Shown here: one piece after another, positions 47,241 to 60,587 of the stretch | Layout of the letters: every line of letters begins with the position of its first letter | Position numbering within the stretch: position 1 is the first letter of the stretch | From: Ranitomeya imitator | Lineage: Eukaryota | Assembly (NCBI RefSeq): GCF_032444005.1 | Contig: NC_091286.1 | Coordinates: forward strand, 584,660,001-584,724,000 | Reading direction: 5' to 3' | Length of the DNA stretch: 64,000 nucleotides | Program-made: the position numbers and the translations under genes | Notes under the pieces: generated by a model | Databases searched by the model: none | What the model was told of the DNA's origin: nothing | Seen by the model: the letters and a program-made list of their open reading frames with translations, nothing else

Positions 47241-50200
47241 TGTTCTGTCTTCATACATGTTGATACGGTGTGTGATCCAACATACAGCATAAACCATTTC
47301 TGTCTTCCAAATAAGCAGACTGTTCTCTGTAGTCTAACTTGTTTATTGGTAACAGGTATTGAAATGCGGTAAAACTAAAGGAATACAAATGACATATATA
47401 AGTATTGGGCTAAACAATCACACAGCTGCTACTTTACAACTGACAAAGAAAGTATACAGTATGATGCAACCTAAGTACATAACTACATACAGTAAGTCGC
47501 TGGTAATCACATTTCCTGTGTACTGACTGCTATACAGTTAATCACATTCTGTACAACACTACATTGCAAGAACAGGGATAATGATCTTACCGGATAAACT
47601 TAACCAGGATGGCAAGTAAGTGAGGTAGTTCCAACACAGCAGAAGAACACGTGTGTCCAGGAAGAACACAGGGAGAAAATGGAGGTTCCTCATCCCAAAA
47701 TGCCTTGGTTCAATCCCACAATGCAACACTCTAATTATTACTAAAAAACACAGGTAATAAATTTAGCCACCACTGGGTGGTGCTATAACACAGCAAAAAT
47801 TGGAATCATACTGTCCTTTTGAATGGACAGAACACTCCCCGCTTGGCATCAACCGATGCCACACACAGCTCTTTTGGCGAAAACAGTAATACAAGTTCCG
47901 CAACTGGTCTGAGGAATTAAACGAACGAGGGCACAAACAAGTGAGTTCCAAGTTGAGAACCTGTTGAAACGGTGGGATTTGAGGTGATTGTCTTTAGCCA
48001 CCATACGTAGAACGGATACCTGAGGGCGGATTTCCCCATCTGCCTCTGGATCCACCAATTCAAAGGTGTTTGACTCGTCAATGTATGGCGTCGAACAATA
48101 TAAGAATGTAGGGCCAGTAAACCTGGTTGAGTCCTTAAGATGTCTTGCTTCAACAGATCTGGTTGCATGGTCCGCAGGATTGTGTTGTGTGGACACATAA
48201 TGCCACTGTTTAGGGTCGGTGGATCTCCTGATCCTTAGCATCCGATTGCTGACAGACATAAAAGCGACGAGTTTCATTGGAAATGTACCCTAGCACTACC
48301 TTGCTGTCAGTGTAGAACTCGACTTCTTTGACGTCCAGGTCCATTTCTGTCAAGATAAGTTCAGCTAACTCTACCTCTAGCACAGCTGCACAGAGTTCCA
48401 GTCTGGGTACTGTGTGTTCATGGAGTGGGGCCAGTTTTGTCCGGCTCATAACAAGCCTTACATGGCATTGTTCGTTGATGTCGGTAGTTTTCAAATACGC
48501 TACTGCTGCAATTGCTTTGGTTGAGGTATTGCAGAAGATACAAAGCCTTTGCATCTCAACTTCTGTTGATGGCACGGAAGCATATGGTCGTGCCACGTAG
48601 AGACTTGGCAGGGCTTCTAACGAGTTCTTCCATCTTACCCATAAGTCTCTTTTCTCGCTGGGAAGCGGATCATCCCAATTGGACATCTCTTGGGTGAGGG
48701 CTCTCAACATCATTTTACCTTGGATAGTTACAGGAGTTACAAATCCCAGAGGATCGTACAAGCTGTTTACTACGGACAGGACGCCTCTGCGCGTGAAGGG
48801 TTTCTCTTCTTCGCTGATCTGGAAGGTGAATGCATCCTTTTTCAAATCCCAGAGTAAACCAAGGCTCCGCTGCATAGGAAGGGAGTCCATGCTTAAATCC
48901 AAGTCTTTTAAATCGGTTGAGTAATCTTGAGAGGGAAATGCTGCCATTAGTTTTTGGCTGTTGAAAGCAATTTTGTGCAACCTCAAATTGGACGAAGCGA
49001 GCATTTCTTGTGCCCTTCTTAGGAGACTGACTGCCGACTCATCTGTGGGTGTGGATTTCAGTCAGTCATCTACGTAGAAATCCTTTTCCACAAAAGATCT
49101 TACATCCGATCCATACTTTGCTTCACCCTCTCTGGCTGAATGTCTAAGGCCATAGATAGTGACAGCAGGGGAGGGGCTGTTCCCGAAGATATGTACCTTC
49201 ATACGATATTCCACGATATCCTTGTAGGGGTCATTATCGCGGTACCAGAAGAACCTCAAGTAGTTTCTGTGTTCTTCTTTAACAAGGAAGCAGTGAAATA
49301 TCTGTTGGATGTCGGCCATAAATGCTACTGCATCCTTGAGGAAGCGAAGAAGTACTCCCAGAAGTCGGTTATTGAGGTCTGGACAAGATAGAAAGACGTT
49401 GTTTAATGAAACACCTTTGTATCTGGCACTTGAGTCAAATACTACTCTTATCTGACCTGGTTTCTTTGGATGATACATGCCGAAAATAGGTAAGTACCAA
49501 CATTCCTCAGAATCTTGAAGTACAGGTGCAATTTCCGCGTGGCCACTCTGGAATATTCTCTCCATGAAGGTAAAGCAGTGTTCCTTTGTCTCTGGTGTCT
49601 TCTGCAGTTTGCGTGTAAGGGAGACAAATCGACTGTAGACAAGTTCTCTGTTGTTGGGTCAGCGTTGCCTCTGTGGTTTGAATGGTAAAGGTGCAACCCA
49701 ACTCTTTGATTCATCTCTTACTATCTCTTGCTCCATGATGTCCAAGAACAGTCTGTCCTCTATGGACGTTGCTACCTGGTTGTTTTCTCTTGTCCTGTGG
49801 AAAACTGTGCACCCTATATGATCTTCCTCACCGTCGCATGCATGGTCTTCACAGGAAGGATCAGCTAACGGACGAGATGGAGGGGCGTTGTGTGGCAATT
49901 CTTTAATCAGGAAACTGCTCTCGCATGGCTGGAAGAGAGACAGACGTCCATTTTCAAGAGTATTGGTGAGCATATTGTTGACTGATGTCGGCCTGTGTGC
50001 TCCACCCAAACAGACGTCTCCCACGATGACCCATTCTAGGTCAAGTCTCTGAGCATATGGGGCGTTCTGTGGGCCGTTAATCTGTCCTCTAGCCTTGTGG
50101 ACCCGTAGTATGTCTCTTCCGAGGAGTAAGACAATTGGAGCTCCTTGGTCCAGTTCCGGTATCAGGTGAGCTATACGTTTCAAGTGGGTATGATGAGCTG

Positions 50201-52200
50201 CTACCTCTGGTGTAGGTATCTCAGACCTGTTGTCGGGAATCTGGTTGCACTCCAGTATTGATGGCAAGGATAAGCAGGTTTGACCATCCATAGACTCTAC
50301 CTTGAATCCGATCGCTTTTCTCCCCGTTGTCTCGACAGTACCTGCACATGTCTTCAAGGAGAACAGAGAGCCGGGACGGGCAATGTTGAAGGTGTCGAAG
50401 AGAAAGGACTTAGCTAGGGACCTGTTGCTCTGATCGTCCAAGATTGCATATACCTTGATTGCCTTATCCCAATGGCTCGCTGGGAATACTCTGACAAGAC
50501 ATATCTTCGAGCAGGATCTTCCTGCTACAAGTTCCTTGCAGATCTCTGTACACTGAGAAGTGGCCACGGGGGTGTCTATGTCAGGGTCCATCTGTTTTTC
50601 GGCAGACTCTTCTACTTGTGACAATACCCCTGAGGGTGGTCCAAGGTGTAAGGCCATGTTGTGCTCCACACTACTACATTCTGCGTATTTCATACTGGTT
50701 TCACAGTTCTTGGTGAAGTGTGAGGTCGTCGCGCAGCATCTGAAGCATATCTTGTTTTCCTTTAGGAAACTCTTACGGTCTTCTAGAGACTTCTCCCTGA
50801 AGGCTCTACATTTTAGTAGAGGATGAGGTTTCTTGTGTAGGGGGCAGTGTTTGCTGAGATCCTGAGGTTTGTCCTCTTCTGGAGATGACTTACCTGCCCT
50901 GTAAGGAAAACCTGTGGAGGTAACATTAGTTTTGTGGTCTCGCTCAGATTCCGGAAACTCCACGGCTTCTAAGATCTCAGCTTTGGCTATTGCGGCTGCT
51001 GCTTCTTTTTCAGTGGAAAGTCTTTCCAAAGTTGCTCGCAGGCGTGCTGTATCTGCGTCTCTATCAGCTTGCAGGCGGGCTCTTTCTGCTTCTTGCTCTG
51101 CTTGCAGGCGGTCTCTTTCTGCTTCTCTATCTGCTTGCAGGCGAGCTCTTTCTGCTTCTTGCTCTGCTTGTCTTAACTTTAACTGCATCTCTTGTGCAGC
51201 GAAGGAGGATCTTCCTTTCGCCGCCTCAGCTTCTGCACGGGCGAGGGTGACAGACCTTTTCGAGGAAGACTTGCTAGAGCGGCTTGTTTGGGACCTCGTC
51301 CCGAGTGAAGATGCTCGACTTGAAGACATTTTGTGTCCGTTTGCAAGATGTAGGACGTCTCAGAGCGGGTAGAAATGAACTTCAGCATGGACTGAGACGT
51401 GTCGCGCTTGGTGGGCTGTACTCTCTGTACTTGTGGCTGTATGGCGGCCGCTGCAGTATCTGCAGGCAGTGCGGTGTGGTACAAGTGGCTGTGTAAGTGG
51501 TATTTGCTATCGTTGGCGTCTAGCCTGGTATTACTGCTATCGCTGGTGTCTAGCATCCGTTTTACTGTTCTGTCTTCATACACGTTGATACGGTGTGTGA
51601 TCCAACATACAGCATAAACCACTTCTGTCTTACAAATAAGCAGACTGTTCTCTGTAGTCTAACTTGTTTATTGGTAACAGGTATTGAAATGCGGTAAAAC
51701 TAAAGGAATACAAATGACATATACAGTATAAGTATTGGGCTAAACAATCACACAGCTGATACTTTACAACTGACAAAGAAAGTATACAGTATGATGCAAC
51801 CTAAGTGCATAACTACATACAGTAAGTCCCTGGTAATCACATTTCCTGTGTACTGACTGTTATACAGTTAATCACATTCTGTACAACACTACATTGCAAG
51901 AACAGGGATAATGATCTTACCAGATAAACTTAACCAGGATGGCAAGTAAGTGAGGTAGTTCCAACACAGCAGAAGATCACATGTGTCCAGGAAGAACACA
52001 GGGAGAAAATGGAGGTTCCTCATCCCAAAATGCCTTGGTGCAGTCCCAAAATGCAACACTCTAATTATTACTAAAAAACACAGGTAATAAATTTAGCCAC
52101 CACTGGGTGGTGCTATAACACAGCAAAAACCAAAACGCTAATAGTAGTGAACTTTTAATGCATAATTGGAATCATACAGTCCTTTTGAATGGACAGAACA
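47241..52200 (-). mobile_element. BEL/Pao LTR retrotransposon, degenerate, antisense in intron 6
   Basis: LTRs 47241-47834 and 51566-52200 (TG..CA). TSD gagag at 47236-47240 and 52201-52205. Minus-strand PPT gcggggag. Confidence 0.93.
47849..51329 (-). pseudogene. BEL/Pao gag-protease-RT-RNaseH fragments; integrase largely missing
   Basis: Triple Cys-His knuckles (CPLHKKPHPLLKC, CFRCC..HFTKNC), ILDDQSN, WYLP..RVVFD..YVDD and PRLELCAAV. Confidence 0.9.
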
Positions 52201-53730
52201 GAGAGAGGTCTCATTCATATGACTGTGTTGCACGTCTGTGTTCTACCAGTGCTTTTCATGGATACAGCACCTACCCATTACTGTCTATGGGGCTGTTCAC
52301 ATGTTAGTTTTTACAGCAACAGATATGAAAAGACCCAATGCACGTCTATTAACATTGTAAAGTATAATAAAAGCTTGATAATCTATTTATTTATCCATAC
52401 GTGAAAAATACTGATGACACATGGATCCAAAACACTGATGACACACAAAACCAAACACCGATGAAACACTGACCAAACACTGAGGACACACAAGATTAAG
52501 GCCATGTGCACACGTTCACTATTTTTCGCATTTTTTTTGCGTTTTTTCGCTATAAAAACGCGAAAAAAACGCTTACATATGCCTCCTATTATTTAAAGTG
52601 TATTCCGCATTTCTTGTGCAAATGTTGCTTTTTTTCGGCGAAAAAATTGCTTTGCGGACAAAAAAGCAACATGTTCATTAAATTTGCGGAATTGCGGGGA
52701 TTCCGCACACCTAGGAATTCATTGATCTGCTTACTTTCCGCATGGGGCTGTGCACACCATGCGGGAAGTAAGCAGATCATGTGTGGTTGGTACCCAGGGT
52801 GGAGGAGAGGATACTCTCCTCCACCCTGGGTACCAACCGCACATGATCTGCTTACTTCCCGCGGCCACTGACATCAGCGAATATTTCAGCTCGATCTGCA
52901 TCCTTGGACGCACATTCAGCTGACATATATTGCAGCGTTGGTGATCCGCCAGTTCCGCTGCAGTACACGCCGCTGACCAATTTGCATCCAGCATCTGACC
53001 TCAGTGTGTCCATGACTGGGGGACATATGGCAGTGATGACAAGTCAGCTAGCGGCTCTTGCGCCGGTTGCAGAAGAGGATGCCGTGTGGCATGGGAGCGG
53101 AGAAAGGTGAGTAGAATCGAGTTTTTTTCCATGAGTTGCAGAAGAACAAGGCAAATTCAGAAAGGGGCATGTAGCGCTATGCCTGACATGGTGTCCCCTA
53201 CTCCCTCCATGCAGGGACACCAGCTTACTCCCCGGACCATGGCACTGTCTCCAGCATGCTCCTGCCTTCTACCTCCACTATGCACGCTGCACTGTGTCCC
53301 GATGGCGTGCCTAGGGTGCATGTGTGCGCACTCCCCTGTTCTAAAAGGGGCAGCACATACACATGGTAAATGCTCAGCTGGGAGGCATTTAGTTAAATGT
53401 GTGTTCACTTGCAACATGTCTCCCAGCGAAAAGCGTGGAGACATCTTGTATAAAAAGCACCCTCCTCAGTAGGGAGGTGCCTGAGCAATCCCTATAGTTA
53501 CAGTATGTTAGGTGTGTATGCAACTGTATGTTGCCAGGTCCCCCATCCCTAGTCTGATATAGTATCCCATATCCCATACCCTGTGTACTGTTATTAGTGC
53601 TCGCTTCCTGTGACTGCTTCGGCGGTGTCCGTATCCTGAAATCGCATCTGTGGTACTGGTACCCTCCCGTCCCTTATTACGTAACATCCTCTCTATTTAT
53701 GTATGGTGCCGTCCTTTATTATATAGCGTC

Positions 53731-54025
53731 TAGTGATGAGCGAGTATACTCGTTACTCGAGATTTCTCAGAGGTCCTCAGAGTATTTTTTTAGTGCTCGG
53801 AGATTTAGTTTTTCTTGTCGCAGCTGAATGATTTACATCTGTTAGCCAGCATAAGTACATGTGGGGGTTACATGGTTACTAGGGAATCCCCACATGTACT
53901 TATGCTGGCTAATAAATGTAAATCATTCAGCTGCGGCAAGAAAAAGTAAATCTCTGAGCACTAAAAAATACTTGGAGGAGCATGCTGGAGAAATCTCGAG
54001 TAACGAGTAGATTCGCTCATCACTA
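53731..54025. mobile_element. hAT MITE
   Basis: TIRs tagtgatgagcgagt / ttcgctcatcacta and a perfect 8-bp TSD atagcgtc. Confidence 0.92.
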
Positions 54026-54558
54026 ATAGCGTCCTGTTATGTGGAGCGACGTCCAGTATTACCCAGTATCATCTCTTGTCATCTACAGCACCGTCCCTTA
54101 CATTGAGTATTCTCATTATTTTTGTTATTCACAGTGTCTTCTCTTTATTGCATGGTGTCCTCTCCTGTAAAATGACTGCTGAGAGAGCAGCATCTGACCA
54201 GAAGACCAGTCCATCAGCCGCATCCATCACAAAAGAAGCTTTCCCATGCTCCATCAGCCATCATTTCAGTTTATGTCTAACAGGAGTGGATGATATGTAA
54301 TAAAGAACAGAGAGGTATAAATAACAAAAATAATGAGAATCCGATATGTAAGGGACAGTGCTGTACATAGCAAGAGGGAACTATATGATACGGGACGGTG
54401 CTATACATAAAGAGAGAGCACTGTTTAATAAGGGCGGCAATATATATGAGAGGAGACTGTAAAAAAAATATGTATATCTGTAGCTTGGTCGAGATGAAAG
54501 GAGGGGGGCCCAGATACATTTCTTGCACAGGGGCCCTAAGCTGTCTGTGTCCGCCCCT

Positions 54559-55657
54559 GGGGCCCAGCATATACTGGAGGCCCAAAATATACTGGAGCAG
54601 TATATGGAGACCAACATATTCTAGAACATTATATGGGGACAATTTTTTATGGAGCATTATATGGGTCCCGGCATATACTGGAGCATTATTTGGAACCCTG
54701 CATATATTGGAGCATTATCTGGAGCCCAGCATATACTAGAGCACTATATGGGGCCCAGCATATACTGAAGCATTATATGGGGCCCAGCTTGTACTGGAGC
54801 ATTATAGGGAGACAAGTATATACTGGAGCATTATATATGGCCCATCATATACTGGAGCATTATATTGGGCCCAGCATATAATGGAGAATTATATGGGGCC
54901 CAGCATATACTGGACCACTATATGGGGCCCATTATATACTGGACCATTATATGGAGCCCATTATATACTGGAGCTTTATATGGGGCCTAGCATATACTGG
55001 AGCATTATATGTGGCCCAGCATATACTGGAGCATTATATGAAGCCAAGTATATACTGGAGCATTATATGGGGCCCATCATATACTGGAGCATTAAATGAG
55101 GCCCAGCATATACTGGAGCATTATAGGGAGCCAAGTATATACTGGAGCATTATATGGGGCCCAAAATATACTGGAGCATTATATGGGGACCAATATATTC
55201 TAGAACATTATATGGGGACCATTTTTTATGGAGCATTATATGGGTCCCGGCATATACTGGAGCATTATATATGGCCCATCATATACTGGAGCATTATATA
55301 GAGCCTAGTATGTACTGAAGTATTATATGGGGCCCATCATATACTGGAGCATTATATGGGCCCAGCATATACTTGACCATTATATGGAGCCCATTATATA
55401 CCGGAGCATTATATGGGGCCCAGTTTATGCTGGAGCATTATATGGAGCTCAGTATATACTGGAGTATTATATGGGGCCCATCATATACTGGACCATTATA
55501 TGGAGCCCATTATATACTGGACCATTATATGGAGCCCATTATATACTGGACCATTATATGGAGCCCATTATATACTGGAGCATTATATGGGGCCCAGCAT
55601 ATTCTGGAGCATTATATAGAGACTAGTATATACTGGAGTATTATATGGGCACCATAT
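54559..55657. repeat. ~30-bp minisatellite
   Basis: Unit ggggcccagcatatactggagcattatat with variants. Confidence 0.9.
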
Positions 55658-56539
55658 AATTGGTAAAAAAAAAAAAAAGAATTAAAATAAAAAATAGTGA
55701 TATACTTACCCTCTGATGGCCCCGGAGTCTTCCCGCCTCTCATCGGTGCATGCTCTCTCTTCCATTCCTATAGATGCTCTGTGTGAAGGACCTGCGATGA
55801 CTTCGCCGTCTTGTGATTGGTCGCGTGACCGCTCATGTGACCGCTCACGTGACCGCAACGTCGTCGAAGGTCCTGCACACACACACCATCTATAGGAACG
55901 GACGCCGCTGAGGAGATCGGCTGTCTGCAGGTAAGTATAACCTTTTTTTTTTTTTTTTTTTTTAATTATTTTTAAACATTCTATCTTTTACTATTGATGC
56001 TGCATAGGCAGCATCAATAGTAAAAAGTTGGTCACACTTGTCAAACAGTATGTTTGACAAGTGTGACCAACCTGTCAGTCAGTTTTCCAAGCGATGCTAC
56101 AGATCGCTTGGAAAACTTTAGCATTCTGCAAGCTAATTTCGCTTGCAAAATGCTAAAAAAAAGCAAAAAAAACGGGAAAAAAAACGAAAAAAAAAATACG
56201 GATTTCTTGCAGAAAATTTCCGGTTTTCCTCAGGAAATTTCTGCAAGAAATCCTGACGTGTGCACATACCCTAAACACTGATGAAATACTAACCAAATAC
56301 TGATGACACACAAGACAAAATGCTGCTGACACACTGTGAACACTGATGATACACTGACCAAACACTGCTGACATACAAGGCCAAGCACTGATGAAACACT
56401 AACATAAACACTGATGATGACAAACTGGAAAAACAATGATGACACAAAAAAAACAAATACTGATGATAAACTGACCACACACTAACACTTGGAGAAAACA
56501 CTGATCACACAATTACCAAACACTGATATGTTACCCATA

Positions 56540-56900
56540 TTTCTGTATGTAGTACTATATGGGGTCCATAATACTGTATGGAAGACTATAAGGAGCACAT
56601 AATAATGTATGGAGGACTATATGGGACCCATAATATTGAGGACTATATGGTACCAATAATACTATATGGAGGACTATATGAACCCATAAAAATGTTATAA
56701 GGACTATATGGGACCCATAATACTGCATAATACTGTATGGAGGACTATATGGGGCCCATAATGCTATACAGAGGACTATATGGGGCTCGTAATACTGTAA
56801 GAAGGACTATATGGGGCCCATAATACTGTATGGAGGATTATATGAAGCTCATAATATTTTATGGAGGACTATGTGGGACCCATTATACGGTTTGCATAAC
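56540..56900. repeat. ~30-bp minisatellite
   Basis: Unit ggaggactatatggggcccataatactgtat. Confidence 0.85.
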
Positions 56901-57579
56901 TACATGGGGTCATTATACTGGTTGGAGATCTATGTGAAGGGGTATTATGCTGTTTTCAGGTATATGTGAAGGGGCTGTTATACTTTTAGCCAGTGTCTGT
57001 GTGTGTGTGTGGGGGATGGGGGATTATACTGGCTGCAGGTGTATGTGGGCAGCCATTATATTGTTTGCAGGAATATGTGAAGGCCATTATACTGTTTGCA
57101 CGTCTATGTGGGACTGCTATTATACTGTTTGCAATGCTATGTGGGGTCCAGTATGCTTTTTGGAGGGCTAAGTGGGGGCCATTAAACAGTGTGAATGGTT
57201 ATGTTAGGACCATCATACTGAGTGGAGGGTTGTGGGGGCCATTATACTATATGGAGGCACATTATGCTGTGTGGCGATCACAGTTGGGGCAACATACTGT
57301 GTTCGGGTCAGCATACTTTACCGAGCGAGTTTGTTACAGTAGGGTCATCATGCCATGTGAAAGAATTGAGGGTACTGTGGAAGAATTCACTGTGGGTGTA
57401 TCATACTGTGTTTGAGGGAGACACTATTGTCTCTGTGTGCATACATCGGACTGCAATGATATTTTACTCGCATGATTGATTGTCTGTTGCTGATCGGCAA
57501 GAGAAAAATTGGGGCGAGTGCTGTCCGGTAAAACATCAGATAGCACTTGGCTGTCTTATACGTTAGTATGAACAAGAGG

Positions 57580-57883
57580 ATGTCTTTGTGGTAATTTTCC
57601 TGATGAAGGGGTAGACCCGGAAACGTGTTGAATAAACCACCAGAATTCTTCAATATATCTGAATTTGTATCATTGTGGCAGCGCGGATTTTATCCACAAA
57701 CTATCCTGTACAACGTCTCTGAGAAGATCGCATGGGCGGCCTGTAGATCTGCACCAGCCGATACACACATGCTTTTGCTTTATGCCATCAGGTGAGCAGC
57801 TCATTGTTAAAAACTATAATTAATCCGAAGGATAAGACCCTATTTGCGCTTTTTTTAATCTCCTTAATTTACTAAACAAGTGG
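57580..57883 (+). mobile_element. Penelope pseudo-LTR remnant with hammerhead-like motif (57588-57640)
   Basis: gtggtaattttc CTGATGA a GGGG taga CCCG GAAAC gtgtt gaataaaccac. It interrupts one copy of a local duplication. Confidence 0.6.
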
Positions 57884-58422
57884 TAGTAATGGCAGAAATA
57901 TCAGTATTTGAAAAAGGCTGGATGTTTTTCTCTAACCTAATTTCTCCATCTTCTCCATTGTCTCTGTGCACAAACATCGGACTGCAATGGTATTTTAAAC
58001 GCAACCAGCATGTTGTGATTGTCTTCTCTTGCTGATTGGCATGAGAAAAATTGGGGCGAGTGCTGTCCGATAAAACATCAGATAGCACTTGGCCATGTTA
58101 TACATTAATATGAGCAAGAGGCAGTAATGGCAGATATATATCAGTATTTGAAAAAAGGCTGGATGCTTTTCTCTCAACAAATAGCATTGTGGGATATAGA
58201 TAATCTAGAGATAGAGGTGAACCTGATGGGCCTATGTCTTTTTTCAATATATGTAACTAACTATATGTTGTTGTTTCAAAGCCTAAAAGGTGTTTCCTTT
58301 CTATGCTATTGAAGGTGTAGTCATGTTATCAAATTTTTTTTGTCCATTTTTTTCATGAAAAATAATTATTAAATATTTATAACATTCTTATACATTATTG
58401 CCTCATTACTTATGTATTTCAG

Positions 58423-58614
58423 CTCCTGTGACGCTGCACTATGCCGTCGCTGTGGTTAAAAAATCGAGTAGCTTCCATCTTGATCAATTGAAAGGCAAGA
58501 GATCTTGTCATTCTGCGGTGGGAGAGGCAGCAGGTTGGGTCGCTCCTTTGAATGTACTCCTTAAGAAGAAATTACTGTTGTGGGAAGAACCGGAACCAAA
58601 AACTATTGAAAAAG
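58423..58614 (+). CDS. Sxph: Saxiphilin-like exon 7 (N-lobe resumes)
   Basis: ttcag|CT..AAA G|gtacaa. Encodes (A)PVTLHYAVAVVKKSSSFHLDQLKGKRSCHSAVGEAAGWVAPLNVLLKKKLLLWEEPEPKTIEK. Confidence 0.95.
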
Positions 58615-59169
58615 GTACAAGCGGGTTCGGGTACAAGGGAGTATGAGGGAAGCACCAACATCAAAGTTTAATACCATTTTATAAGCTAAAACAATCAAAT
58701 GCAGTATTTAGTTTGGTACGACTATGGCCGAGCTGATGGCTCAAAGTCCAATGCGGCTAGCGGAAGCAATGTTGACTCTGCAGCATCGCAAAAGTGCTCC
58801 GGACAGCATCGGGAGCTAGAGATTCGGCTAACTTCATATCAGCGCTTACAAGATGAACGTCAATCAGCTTACAAGTGCTATATCCTTCCCTATATCCTTT
58901 CCTCTGAGGTGGCCGGTAGCCCAGGCAATGTGCAGAAACTATAGAAGTAAAAATCCCTTCATTCTTGACAACAAAAATATTTTATAAGTAAATCGCAAAG
59001 TGTTTTTACAAGGAATTTGCAAATTCATCCATTTTAGAAAATAAGAAAATCCTTTTAAGGATATTTTTCACAGATACAAAATTTGCAATCCATAGGAATG
59101 TATTGGCCCAGACTGCACACATGTGCATGGAGAATATACACTTCTCCACAGGGCACCAGACAGTCCCTA

Positions 59170-59525
59170 GGCTAGGTTCACATTGCGTTAGTGCAATCTG
59201 TTTAGCGGATACGCTAACGGAGTGCGCTAACGCAATGTCCAAAAAGGGATTGCGTTTGGCAATCCCGCTAAAGCAGATGCCCGATCTGCGCTAGCGAAGA
59301 ACGGACCCTGAACGCTGCAAGCAACGTTCAAAGTCTGTCAGAAAATAACGGGACATCGCTACCGCATGCCAAAAATGGCATACGTTAGCGAGGCGTTAGA
59401 TTGCGTTAGTTCCATTTCGGTCAATGGGTGCGCTAATGGATCTGTTACACTGCGTTAGTTGCGACATTTGCGCCATGTAACGGAGTCCGTTAGTGGACAC
59501 CCACTAATGCAATGTGAACCCAGCT
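59170..59525. mobile_element. Harbinger-like palindromic MITE (intron 7)
   Basis: ggctaggttcacattgc / gcaatgtgaacccagct; the TSD is imperfect. Confidence 0.7.
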
Positions 59526-60587
59526 TAAGGCCCTCTGCATGTCTAATGTATGGATTCGTGTACATCATATTGTGAATGGGCAAATTTGATCAGTTAAAAT
59601 CACTGAAACTCCATTTGGAAATACGATATCTTTACTGGAACAATAAATATAGAGATACACTTCAAATTCCTACAGCTGCTAATGGAGCATTCTCAACTGA
59701 AGATTTCCAGTCTATTGACTAATTTAGAGATGAGTGGATCAGGCAAAATTCTAATTATTTTTTCCCGGGAAACTCAATTCACAGTTAAGATTTTCTCCAC
59801 TAATTTAATCTCCTTTATTATAATCTGGGCTCTAGAGAGATCCCAGTGCATAGCAAACATAAGATGTAAAAAATACTTATACTCACCTTACCTTTCACCT
59901 CTCCGGCTCCTCCGCTTCTCTCCATCACCAGTTCGGTCCTTCTTATCATTGCTGAGAGCGCTGAATCCCCGGGCTATCTCCCAATAGGATTTTGCGTGCT
60001 CTCATATAAGGTCACGACATGCACCATGACCTTGCACGCACAGGTGCTGAACTCTCCTGAGTCTCTCACTGAGCTGGGACTAACAGGTCTGATTCAGCCC
60101 AGGACAAATCTGCGCAATCAGCTTGAGCAGAGCCCTAGCGTGAGGAGACCCTGGGATTTCAGCGCTAGTGGCGGTGATAAGAAGATGTAACAAGGAGTGG
60201 ACGGATGATGCTAAGGAAAGAGGGGCAAGAGAGGTGAGAAATAAATAGAGCATAAGTATTTTTTTAACATTTTTATGACCTTTTACGGTGCAGAAAAATG
60301 GAAGCCAGAGATCACTATATTATTGGATTCGCGCAGAAACGATTACAAAAATTTGTGTAGAATTCCACTCCACTCGAACATATTTATTCATCTCTACTAA
60401 TAATTTATTCCTAATGAAATTTAGTTGCAATGTACTATCAGGTCCTTTTCAGGTTGTCTATTAATACCAAATAACAGATGTTTTTTGAAGTTTTTTACCG
60501 GTATTCGAGTAAAAAATAGATAGTGCTCACCGATCTGTATTTGTGGCGTAATCTCTATAAGTTGACTACATTCTGTTTCCACCATAG

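Larger units (their letters stand above)
52500..56271. mobile_element. Composite Harbinger-like non-autonomous element with nested repeats
   Basis: TAA|ggccatgtgcacacg .. cgtgtgcacataccc|TAA. The same acactgatga-type repeats flank both sides. It could instead be two related MITEs. Confidence 0.55.

Noticed and set aside
54381-55666. Cluster of YWSIIWGP-type ORFs
   Set aside because: Minisatellite artefacts.
46519-58422. Possible fourth Thy1 exon or pseudo-exon in the 11.9-kb intron 6
   Set aside because: I found no CDExG/WCV-like coding segment by eye or in the ORF track. A TBLASTN with the three domains would be needed to exclude a highly decayed copy.
58640-58960. 81-aa ORF or possible LTR-like remnant after exon 7
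   Set aside because: No recognisable motif, termini or TSD; left unassigned.
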